DNA from: Eledone cirrhosa
Taxonomy: Eukaryota
Reading direction: 5' to 3'
Length of the DNA stretch: 64,000 nt
Assembly (NCBI GenBank): GCA_964016885.1
Contig: OZ024742.1
Location: 144,460,001 to 144,524,000, forward strand
In this document: positions 51,145-64,000 of the stretch, one piece after another
How positions within the stretch are numbered: the stretch's first letter is position 1
Layout of the letters: each line of letters begins with the position of its first letter
The notes under the pieces: generated by a model
Databases searched by the model: none
What the model was told of the DNA's origin: nothing
The model's input: only the letters and a program-made list of their open reading frames with translations
Position numbers and translations under genes: made by a program

Positions 51145-51562
51145 GGAGGTGAGTAATATTGTAGAACAATAAAACTATGCATATATCAGATAAGTAGCAC
51201 TCGACAGTTGGTAGAACTGGAGTATATATAAAGAAGAAATTAAAAGATAGTTTAAAAAGTTCCATATATTTTATTATGCGCATTTCGAAAACAACATCAT
51301 CCTGGGACAAAAATTGTGTTCTCATCAGATAAAATAAGGTAACATGATATGAGGCCTCAAAACACTTGTGAACAAGAAATGTTGACTGGACACTTGTGAA
51401 CAAGAAAGTTTCCAGTCAACATTTCTAGTTCACATGTGTTTTTAGGCCTCATATCATGTTACCTTATTTTATCTGATGAGAACACAATTTTTGTCCCAGA
51501 ATGATGTTGTTTTCGAAATGCGCATAATAAAATATATGGAACTTCTTTAACCATCTTTTAAA
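51143..51562. mobile_element. Fold-back PLE-derived insertion with hammerheads
   Basis: Arms at about 51240-51390 and 51410-51560. The left arm is extended by about 95 nt. Confidence 0.78.
51465..51534 (+). ncRNA. Type I hammerhead ribozyme (mirror copy 51267-51336)
   Basis: tattttat-CTGATGA-gaacacaat...gttgttttc-GAAA-tg-cg-ca-TA-ataaaata. Confidence 0.8.
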
Positions 51563-51563
51563 T

Positions 51564-51635
<72 letters not shown>

Positions 51636-52220
51636 CAGGTTGCTCTCGAGTGCTACTGGTAACATGTAACCCAGTACAACATGTCTCACGCGGTCGGGTC
51701 GTTGGTGACTAAACCGCAACCCCACCAACTTTGCTTGGTGAGGAGGTTGATGTATGGACACCCTGCGGGATGAAATACAAGACCCCGCAAATGGCGAAGG
51801 AACTCAGCAGAGTCAACAGCCATCCAAATAATTTTTTTTTTTTATACGGAGAGGTTAAACTCCGAGGCATAAAAAGCTGGGGGCTATCGTTGTATTTTCC
51901 ATGGCAAACATTTGCACCGAAGATATGTGTCGTCAATTCCAAAAAGTGTGGTTGCTCCTACACAGACCTTCACCACTTAAAACAAAACTTTGTGTGGGTA
52001 GTTCAACATCAGTTCACTTTCTCACATTTCAACTTTTGTTGGACACTCATATGTCGGATATCGACGGGAAAGTCCATTATGTATGTATGTATGTATGTAT
52101 GTATGTATGTATGTATGTATGTATGTATGTATGTATGTATGTATGTATGTATGTATGTATGTATGTATTTATGTATGTATGTATATATATATACATATAC
52201 ACAAACATATATATATATTT

Positions 52221-52249
<29 letters not shown>

Positions 52250-52251
<2 letters not shown>

Positions 52252-53620
52252 GAAAAAGTGAGTCCTTCATCAGTGACCCTCCAACCGTCCTGGGCATTTC
52301 ATCGCTTTAAGGGCCATATGCCTCGGGTTGGTGCGAACAACGGCTAAAAAAAAGTCGTTGGGACACGTAAATAAAGGGGGACGCCAGAGTAACAACAAAA
52401 AAGTTTTAGCAACGGAAAGTGAGTAGAAATAGACAAGTCCCAGATCTCTATGAATAAAAACTCTGTGAAATCGTGAACAAGAGACAAAAGACCATCAAAC
52501 CTGGTTGAAATGTGAGCAAGGAAAGAATTTCGCCCAAGTTTGACGGGGGGGGGGAAGAGAGAGAGAAAAAGGAGAGAAGAAGAAGAAGAAGAAGAAGAAG
52601 AAGAAGAAGAAGAAGATAGAGACTGCTAGAAAGGGTAAAGATACAAACGAAACACGAATGGCAGCATGGAAAAAATATATGTGTAAATATGATAATAATG
52701 GAGCTGCGGCGTTGCAAATGGGATACATATGAAAAAGTGAGTCCTTCATCAGTGACCCTCCAACCGTCCTGGGAATTTCATCGCTTTAAGGGCCATATGC
52801 CTCGGGTTGGTGCGAACAACGGCTAAAAAAAGTCGTTGGGACACGTAAATAAAGGGGGACGCCAGAGTAACAACAAAAAAGTTTTAGCAACGGAAAGTGA
52901 GTAGAAATAGACAAGTCCCAGATCTCTATGAATATAAACTCTGTGAAATCGTGAACAAGAGACAAAAGACCATCAAACCTGGTTGAAATGTGAGCAAGGA
53001 AAGAATTTCGCCCAAGTTTGACGGGGGGGAAAAAAGAGAGAGAGAAAAAGGAGAGAAGAGGAAGAAGAAGAAGAAGAAGAAGAAGAAGAAGAAGAAGAAG
53101 AAGAAGAAGAAGATAGAGACTGCTAGAAAGGGTAAAGATACAAACGAAACACGAATGGCAGCATGGAAAAAATATATGTGTAAATATGATAATAATGGAG
53201 TCTTCTTCTTCTTCTTCTTCTTCTTCTTCTTCTTCTTCTTCTTCTTCTTCTTCTTCTTCTCTCCTTTTTCTCTCCCTCTCCCCCCCCCCCCGTCAAACTT
53301 GGGCGAAATTCTTTCCTTGCTCACATTTCAACCAGGTTTGATGGTCTTTTGTCTCTTGTTCACGATTTCACAGAGTTTATATTCATAGAGATCTGGGACT
53401 TGTCTATTTCTACTCACTTTCCGTTGCTAAAACTTTTTTGTTGTTACTCTGGCGTCCCCCTTTATTTACGTGTCCCAACGACTTTTTTTAGCCGTTGTTC
53501 GCACCAATCCGAGGCATATGGCCCTTAAAGCGATGAAATGCCCAGGACGGTTGGAGGGTCACTGATGAAGGACTCACTTTTTCATATGTATCCCATTTGC
53601 AACGCCGCAGCTCCATTATT

Positions 53621-53625
<5 letters not shown>
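52250..53625. repeat. Unit of about 475 bp present as two direct copies plus one inverted copy, in (TA)n
   Basis: Direct copies at 52250-52728 and 52729-53199. Reverse complement at about 53200-53625. Contains (GAA)n and a CTGATGA. Confidence 0.9.
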
Positions 53626-53689
<64 letters not shown>

Positions 53690-53691
<2 letters not shown>

Positions 53692-53884
53692 CGAAAGAAG
53701 TGTGGTAAGGAACCAGATGGACCATAACGCACCAGAGTACTCAATATTAAGGGTAGTAGAGTGGGTAATAGAAAAAGGTTTAACCCCGACGGCAGAGTTC
53801 AAGCCGTTTCGACGGCTATTTCTGGACCAGAAATAGCCGTTGAAACGGCTTGAGCTCTGCCGTCGGGGTTAAACATTTTCCTAT
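53690..53884. mobile_element. PLE family A mini fold-back
   Basis: Family tail plus a palindrome centred at about 53826. Confidence 0.82.
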
Positions 53885-54040
53885 ATATATACACACACCA
53901 AAGAGTCATATCTTTATGAACAGGATTGTGCGCAGCCAGGTTGGAAGTGTATCAAAACCAACAGGAAAGAAAATCAGTGTTACGATCACTGAGACTTTAC
54001 TTTCTTAAGGAATTATATTAAACAAATTACAATAAACTTG

Positions 54041-54148
54041 GGTATGTTTAGGAAGCCGTAGGTATGTTTAGGAATCAGGTGTGTTTGAAATTCTAGTATT
54101 TCAAACACACCTGATTCCTAAACATACCTACGGCTTCCTAAACATACC
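54041..54148. repeat. Near-perfect inverted repeat with arms of about 50 bp
   Basis: ggtatgtttaggaagccgtagg...tttgaaat / atttcaaa...cctaaacatacc. Confidence 0.85.
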
Positions 54149-54540
54149 GACTTTTCATATTCCACACGCTTTAAGAAAACTACGACACTATCTTTAAATA
54201 AACATGTTTTAATGAATATAATGCTTTCAATTATTTAGAGAAAAAAGGGGAGACAGAAAAAAAGGAAAGAAAAAGGAAGACAAAAATCACTCGATTCTCT
54301 CCCTTACTAAACAAAGGAAAATGCAATGTTTTTCTTGATAATTCACGAAGAATCGGAAATAGGAGGGAAGTAAATTATTAACACGTCATCTGTTTACAAT
54401 TCAAGGTCATTGTAATTCGCTTGTTACATACATCATCAATACACTTAAAAAGACTAGATCTTCACAATATATGTGTGCGTATATATAGTGAAATAAAATA
54501 TCAAGGACAATTGGTTACTCCTTCATTACGTTTATTGGAT

Positions 54541-54619
<79 letters not shown>

Positions 54620-54649
54620 CAGATATACATACATATATATATATATGTA

Positions 54650-55572
<923 letters not shown>

Positions 55573-55591
55573 CATATATATACATATATAA

Positions 55592-55688
<97 letters not shown>

Positions 55689-55946
55689 TATATATATATA
55701 TATATATACATATATACATATATATTTATACATATATATGTATGTATACATATGTATATATATATATATATATATATTGTTATACTTGGGGAGGGTCATA
55801 TTGTTATAATATTGCCAGAAATAATAACAAAACACACTCACTGTTTGGTTTGGGTTGGTTTTCGCTTCTGTATCATTTATATCTCCATAGTTCATTTATT
55901 TGGCAATCAATGTCTATCATTGATTGACCAGTGGTTAAAAATACAG

Positions 55947-56817
<871 letters not shown>

Positions 56818-57068
56818 ATCAAAGTTCTTTTGTCACACATCTGCAACATCATCAGTGGTACTATTATGTTTGCTCCCATTATTTTGTATTATATGGCGGG
56901 GGATTGGCAGTATCGGTAGAGGGTCGGACGCCATGCTTTGACGCATAGAGTTACGGTCCTTGCCATTCTGAGTTCAAATCCCGCCAAGGTTAACTTTGCC
57001 TTTCATCCTTACGGGGTCGATAAAATAAAGTACCAGTAATACACTGGCCTTGTGCCAAAAGTAGAAAC

Positions 57069-57154
<86 letters not shown>

Positions 57155-58098
57155 CAAGAACTCATTATTAACCATTAACCGCAGAAGTGTTTCCCAATAT
57201 TATTAAGGGTCTCTGCAGTTTATGTAGTATATATAAAAGAATCTTCCCAGAAAATATTGGTTATAGATTTATGAAAAATATCTTCCATTTTAATTCTAAT
57301 TCAAAACTTTATTCAAAGATTAAGAGAAATCCTGCGAGGCAACATTTAGTCAACATCATTCTTTCATTATTCTTTGTTTCCGTTGAAGAGGAAAAACATC
57401 ATTTAAAACATCAATAACAAACAACAACCAGTTACGTCAGCTGACTTAACAAGTGGAGAGCAGATTAAAACTACTGGCGAATTCCACATCAAGGCAGATG
57501 ATCCCTTGTTTATTCTTCACGTGCGTGTAATCCTGAACGAAATAGTTATCTAATTAATATAAAGCAGAATGGCTTCTTTGCTTGATAAAGCAGCTGGGAA
57601 TCAATTTTGATGATATCACAATAGAATACAAAGCTAGAGTTTTATATTAAAAGACAACGGCTTATTTTGTTAATGAAAGAAATTAAGCTGGAAGACACAT
57701 TAGGCATATTCTGGCGTCATGGCGTTCAAATCAACGACAGACTTTGTGTATATAAAACAGACATATTTCTTGAAATAGGTTATTGTCTAATACTATTTAG
57801 TATTAGATCGTCCTTTTGGAAATTTATCATTGCAAATAAAAGGTTTCAACATGTACAACGCAATGATGATAAATTTAAACAGTATATTGACACTTTAAAA
57901 GCATTTTATTCGTTAGTGACATTTGTCAAGAAAATGTATCGATAATTTCTTACAGAAATAGAAACTTAGAAATAACTTATTGACACACGGTCGTTCTGTT
58001 AAACTATTGTTCTGTTTTCTTAAGACTTAACAGTTTGTATCTTGTCACTTGTGCTGCGTCCAGGTTATATATGTCTACAATAGGGAAAAGCTACTCAC

Positions 58099-58185
58099 CA
58101 TTGGAAGCAGTGGGGCATTATAAATTGATGGGCATTTCGATACATTACAGAGTGAATGAAGATCAATACCGTACACGAGAAAATG
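58099..58185 (-). CDS. Candidate 87-nt host-gene exon (HFLVYGIDLHSLCNVSKCPSIYNAPLLPM)
   Basis: Acceptor ttacttttcacgtag|, strong donor ATG|gtgagt, open frame, phase 0-0. Confidence 0.35.
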
Positions 58186-58344
58186 CTACGTGAAAAGTAA
58201 AGTTTCCTATAAAAGTGAGATATTTGTGTATCTTACGAGCTTTACAATCCGCCAAAGCGGAAATAAACTCAACAGATATTCTAACTAGAATGTTCGACAG
58301 TTCTCAAAAATAAATAACCTTGTTGTTGTTGTTGTTGTTGTTGT

Positions 58345-58385
<41 letters not shown>

Positions 58386-58666
58386 AAACCTAGTTAGCTC
58401 TGATCTATTGGATATATTACCAAAAGCAAACGCTAGACGTCCTTGAATCTTAAGAAACCTAAAGCAGAAGTCCTGATAAAAACCAGCTTAAATAATATTT
58501 CATTAATATATTGAATATCATACATATATTCAATATCATACATATTTTAATATTATATATATCCTACATCGTATTTGTAATTCATATAAGTATATATGTA
58601 TTTATGTAACACAAACACATATATTATTGTATCAAAGTTTTATACAAACACATTATTGTATCAATG

Positions 58667-58713
<47 letters not shown>

Positions 58714-58800
58714 CAACACGTACACACACACATATATATATTGTATATATATATATACATATATGTGTGTGTGTGTGTGTGTACGTGTTGTATATATAAA

Positions 58801-58883
<83 letters not shown>

Positions 58884-58889
<6 letters not shown>

Positions 58890-59470
58890 GACGTAAAATA
58901 AGAAAATTAAAAAAAAATTAAAAATCAACTTACTTCCTAAAATTTTCACTCCAACTAATTAGTTTCTGTAATGGGATAAATATAGTTACGCAATGTAACT
59001 ATCGAGGAGTGAAAATTTTAGTAAGTAAGTTGATTTTTAATTTTTTTTAAATCAGTGGTAGTAGGCTCTTGTCATAATACCACCCCACTCCTACCGACTA
59101 GCCTCAGTGTCACGTGATTGATTCTTTAGAATCTGCCACTTGACCAGAGACAGTGAACTTTTTCAGTGCTATGGAATTCAGTCCCCGCTAGCTGTTCCAT
59201 CCACTGAATTATTATTTTTATATGAGTTCCTAGTGTCCGCGCATCGCCTGGGAACTTAGCTGAGAATAGACTCCCTGATGACGTAATGAATTCTCGATAG
59301 TTACATTGAGTAACTATATTTATCCCATTACAGAAACTAATTAGTTGGAGTGAAAATTTTAGTAAGTAAGTTGATTTTTAATTTTTTAAAAATTTTCTTA
59401 TTTTACGTCTTTCATATATTTGTTCTGCATCCCCCTGCATAGAACCACCTAGGTACTATGACATAACTTA
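58884..59470. mobile_element. Fold-back PLE-derived insertion; hammerhead at 59270-59351 (+)
   Basis: 58884-59005 is inverted relative to about 59293-59415. Hammerhead: actcc-CTGATGA-c-gtaatg...cattac-a-GAAA-cta-at-tag-TT-ggagt. Confidence 0.75.
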
Positions 59471-59560
59471 TGTATTTGCTAGCATTAGTGTACATCTGTA
59501 CGCATATGTTGGTAAATATACTAATTCTCTCTCTCTCTCTATATATATATACATATACAT

Positions 59561-60795
59561 ATAGAATTCACAAGAATCAAAGCTATGTTCAAACCATTTA
59601 TTCACTTACAATTGTTTCATCCAAACCTAGGCTTGGAGTCTTCGGAGCATTTTTCAATGTTTGTACACATAATTGACCTCCTTTCCAACGCAAGAGACAT
59701 ACAGATACATATGTATATATTGATGTGCAGTGGAGTGACATATATTATATTATATTATTTCTGTATAGCAATTCAAATTCAAAATCAAAATCAAAATTAA
59801 AATTAAAACAAAATTAAAACAAAATTAAAATACATTCGGCAGTTAACATAGGTAATGTAAGAGGATAGTTTGTTAGTCAGATGTAGTAGTTAGTGTATGC
59901 GTTAGTTACACGTGGGGCATGCACGTGTGTCTCATTTATATATGATTATTGTGTGGCAGGGTGTTACATGTAATACAAGCACTTTAAGCGGGTAAGTAAG
60001 AGTATTATGGAGGTTGTAGTGGTAAGGTAATTTTTGTATATAATAAAAAAGTATGTGTGCAGAAAAATAAAAATAAAAAGGAGAAGCAAAAGAAAGTTAT
60101 AATTTTCGTATCCATTTTGCTTCTCCTTTTTATTTTTATTTTTCTGCACACATACTTTTTTATTATATACAAAAATTACCTTACCACTACAACCTCCATA
60201 ATACTCTTACTTACCCGCTTAAAGTGCTTGTATTACATGTAACACCCTGCCACACAATAATCATATATAAATGAGACACACGTGCATGCCCCACGTGTAA
60301 TTAACGCATACACTAACTACTACATCTGACTAACAAACTATCCTCTTACATTATCTATGTTAACTGCCGAATGAATTTTAATTTTGTTTTAATTTTGTTT
60401 TAATTTTAATTTTGATTTTGTGTTTGAATTTGAATTGTTATACAGAAATAATATAATATAATATATGTCACTCCACTGCACATCAATATATACATATGTA
60501 TCTGTATGTCTCTTGCGTTGGAAAGGAGGTCAATTATGTGTACAAACATTGAAAAATGCTCCGAAGACTCCAAGCCTAGGTTTGGATGAAACAATTGTAA
60601 GTGAACATAGCTTTGATTCTTGTGAATTCTATATAACTGCTCTGTAGAACAACTGATGTTATTACATTGAGCTATTTATCTTACTGGTAATAAGGTAGTA
60701 ATAAATTACTGACCTTCACTGTTTAGGGTTTAAAATATATATAACTATAAAAAGTGTTTGTATATACATAACCATAAATAGTATCCTTAATATTA
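59561..60795. mobile_element. Palindrome of about 1.07 kb with a tail; hammerhead variant at 60558-60602 (+) and 59604-59648 (-)
   Basis: Arms meet near 60095. Motif: gct-CCGAAGA-c-tccaagc-ctag-gtttgga-t-GAAA-ca-at-tg-TA-agt. The tail 60635-60790 is homologous to 41134-41275. Confidence 0.78.
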
Positions 60796-60828
60796 TACAT
60801 ATACATATACATTTATATATATATACAC

Positions 60829-60975
<147 letters not shown>

Positions 60976-61619
60976 TGTATATGTGTGTTTGTGTGTGTGT
61001 GTATGCGTGCGTGTTGTATATTGAATAATGTACGCGATGTTTATGAAAAACATTTGAAAGCCTTTCGTTATGAATTTTTAATGTTGTAACCAGCGTCACA
61101 CACCCAATCTCAGCAAAAGCAAGAGGAAGTAATGGACAACGCATTGTTTCTCGCTCGTTGGTGGTTATCAAGATTACATGTCTCCTTACTTCATCAGTTG
61201 GTTTGTTACAACCTTAAAAGGTCATAACGAGAGGCTTTCAAATGTTTTTCATTAACATCCTGTATATTATTTAATATACAACACTTACATATATATATAC
61301 AACGCTGTGTTGGAACCCCAATATTTATATTAATAGCCTTATATATTTTTGCATTACTAGACTTCATCGTTATGTGATAATCACAGTTTTCTTTCGAAAT
61401 AGGGAATAGGATCGCCAAGGCTAGTGATGGAAAGCTTCGAGTAGAGGTATGGAATGAGAGAGGATTGAGTTCAAAAACCAAAATCTCATTTTATTGTGTA
61501 GTTGTCATCTCAACATTACTGTAAAGGTCTGAATCGTGGGCACCATACAGAAAACATATTACACAGCTAGATATTTTCCAGAAAAGATGTCTCAGAAATA
61601 TCTGTAGTTTTACATGGGA

Positions 61620-61930
61620 GGACAGAGTCTGTAATGAACAGTTGTTTTATAAATGTGATATACAAATCATAGAGACCTTCTTAATAAAGTCTCAATCGTG
61701 ATGGGCTGGCTATGTTGCTAGGGTGAATGATGAAAGACTACCGAAATTTTCACTTATGGCCAACATCATGCAGGAGTGTGAAACGTAGGAATAACCCTTC
61801 TTAAATAAAGGATAATCTGAAGAATAATATCAAACATATCATAATATAAGGAATGTGTTGCTGACCGTAATAGCTGCAGGAAAATCTGTGAAAATGGCAC
61901 CAGGAACCATGTTAACACAAGGATTGAGCA
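61620..61930 (+). pseudogene. RTE-clade LINE 3' remnant
   Basis: WAGYVARVNDERLPK resembles the RTE motif RWAGHVxRMxDxRLPK. Confidence 0.6.
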
Positions 61931-62105
61931 CCTAGATGATCTTAGGCAATGCAGTTTCTGTTCAACAATGTGTGTGTGAAGAATGCGGTCTGGTTTGAAA
62001 AAGCAGGGTAGGTTTAGTTCTCACAAAAGACACACACATTAAAATGTAAAGATAAAATATAATCCTTTGGACCTCATGCGTCAAACATGATGAGTGGGTC
62101 AATCA

Positions 62106-62212
<107 letters not shown>

Positions 62213-62289
62213 ATGAGTGTATACACATTTTTTACGCCTTTACTTTTTCCAGCAAACTGGTTGAGGTGACGGTGGGAAACTGACAATGC

Positions 62290-62620
62290 TGTTATATTTT
62301 CCATAATGGTTAGCTATTGATGAAAGATAAAGTTTGGTACCGCTGCCCTCATTTCAGATTCTTGCCGCGATATGGTCTTATCTGGGATCTTAGAGAGCGA
62401 TATGTCAAGATGCTTCTTGAAATTGTGTATATTAACCCTGTGTAGATATATCCGATTTTTAGCAAGATATTAAAGATCCAGAGGCTCCTGAACTTCTTAC
62501 TAATCGAGCATCTAGTCTACTTTAACTATGGAGGGTGAGACTTTGGCATTGCACAGTGGTGTCCTCTTCCTTGCTTCTTGTAGCTCTCAATGTGAGAATT
62601 AGCTGGTTGCCCTTCGAGGA
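62290..62620 (-). pseudogene. CR1/L2-group LINE 3' remnant
   Basis: GRGHHCAMP...FKKHLDISLSKIPD...RAA resembles FKxxLDxxLxxIPD ends. Confidence 0.45.
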
Positions 62621-63329
62621 TCGTCAACACACAAACACACACGCACATATATACATATATCATTACGTATCTGTCGCGTTTTCGCACAAAAGAGTAGAGT
62701 TTTAATATGCTTGGTCGCACCTACTAGCTTATCTCTTTCATTGAGACAATCTTCTTTATCTAGCATCGTTGGATTGTTTCAGGTTTCGCAATAAATTTGA
62801 TACTGTTTGGTTAAGGCTCCAGGTAGCCGGCGACAAATGTCCCCCAATTATTTCAGAATTTTTGCTGCACATTACCGCCATTTTGATGATATGCGCATGA
62901 AACGATGCATCATTGCTTAGATCAATTCACAGGTCACACACTAATGTTAACTCAGGTATTGCAATTCCTCCTATTTCAAGTTAACTTTGTGTTGTATCGA
63001 CCTTGTTTTAGCAGATTGAAAGCGGAGGGCCTGTACATTTTTGGCATTAAATTGAATACTGTTGTCTTCAACACGTTTGTATACGGCATTTAAATCTCGC
63101 AATAGGAATCTGAATTAGTTGTGTTATTTTCGCATCGCCAGCATAGCTTGTAAGAGTCGCTGCCCGTACAGCCATGGGCATATGTGAAAAAGCCACTGCA
63201 AACAACAGTGGCTTCAAGATTCCACTTACTATTGATGTTTAATTTGAGAATATTCCATTAGCTGCAACAGCCTGGTTTTTGCCTTTTGATAAGTATTGTA
63301 GCCATTCTCTTAAATTTGCAATTATGCTG

Positions 63330-64000
63330 CGATGGCTGAAGGAAAGGATGGATTATTCGCAGAGAATTTTAGGTATGGCGTTGAGAGACTAGAAGAAATC
63401 ATGCATAAACTACTTCTCGAAATATGGCGGGAGAAAAAGTACCTAAGGATTGGAAAGATGCAATAATGATCCTTTTATACCAGACCAAATGCTAGCTCTT
63501 GTCTGTGCCGCAGGGAAAATTCCTGCATCACTTATGCTTTCAAGACTAAATGTTACATCAAACCCGATCTTACCAGAATCACAATGTGCCTTTCACCCCC
63601 CCCTCCTAGTACTAACTATATGATATTGACAGTCCGTCAAATTCAAGAAACGTGTTACGACAACAACAGAACTTGTGTCAGGTATTTTTGGATTTAACAA
63701 AAGCTCTTGATAGTTGCTTTGTGGGAAATTGTTGTCAGGGTAGGGTTCCCGAAACACTTTTCTATTATAACCGAATGCCTTTATATCGACATAGAAGCTG
63801 GGATAAATATTGGTGGTACTATTTCAGAGCCTATCAAAGTTAAAAATTGTGTTAATCAGAGTAATCTCATGCTTGTTATTCTTTTCTCTATCTATTTCTT
63901 TAAGGGGTTGAAATAAAGGCATCATCATCTGGTATCGCTCCTTAGGAAAGCTTTTCAACATCAGGCGAATTACTTTACGCTGATGAGTGTGATCCAGTTT
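63330..64000 (+). pseudogene. RTE-clade RT remnant
   Basis: PKDWKDA, LPESQCAF, VRQIQE, VFLDLTKA.DS, with frameshifts. Confidence 0.7.

Noticed and set aside
53555-53615. Canonical hammerhead at CTGATGAAGGACTC
   Set aside because: No GAAA, stem III or stem I could be completed. Kept only as an unresolved motif.

Overview
Eukaryotic, AT-rich, repeat-dominated DNA. It is most likely from a cephalopod mollusc (Octopus-like), which is an inference from the SINE families and the microsatellite load. No prokaryotic features, rRNA or CRISPR are visible. The window holds non-LTR retroelements of several clades: L1/Tx1 (one intact 1.1-kaa ORF2 flanked by (GATA)n, two decayed copies), R4/Dong-type RLE LINEs sitting in (TAA)n, an RNase H-bearing I-group LINE, and RTE and CR1-like remnants. 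It also holds tRNA-derived SINEs and Tc1/mariner and hAT MITEs. The most striking signal is a dense population of Penelope-like element (PLE) fragments. Many are short asymmetric fold-back insertions in (TA)n microsatellites, and together they carry about 20 hand-foldable type I hammerhead ribozyme motifs from several sequence families. At least two families have the rare compensatory U3-A8 core (UUGANAA instead of CUGANGA). A few phase-compatible candidate exons suggest the region may be intronic to a minus-strand host gene (low confidence). Coordinates were read by eye and may be off by a few bases.
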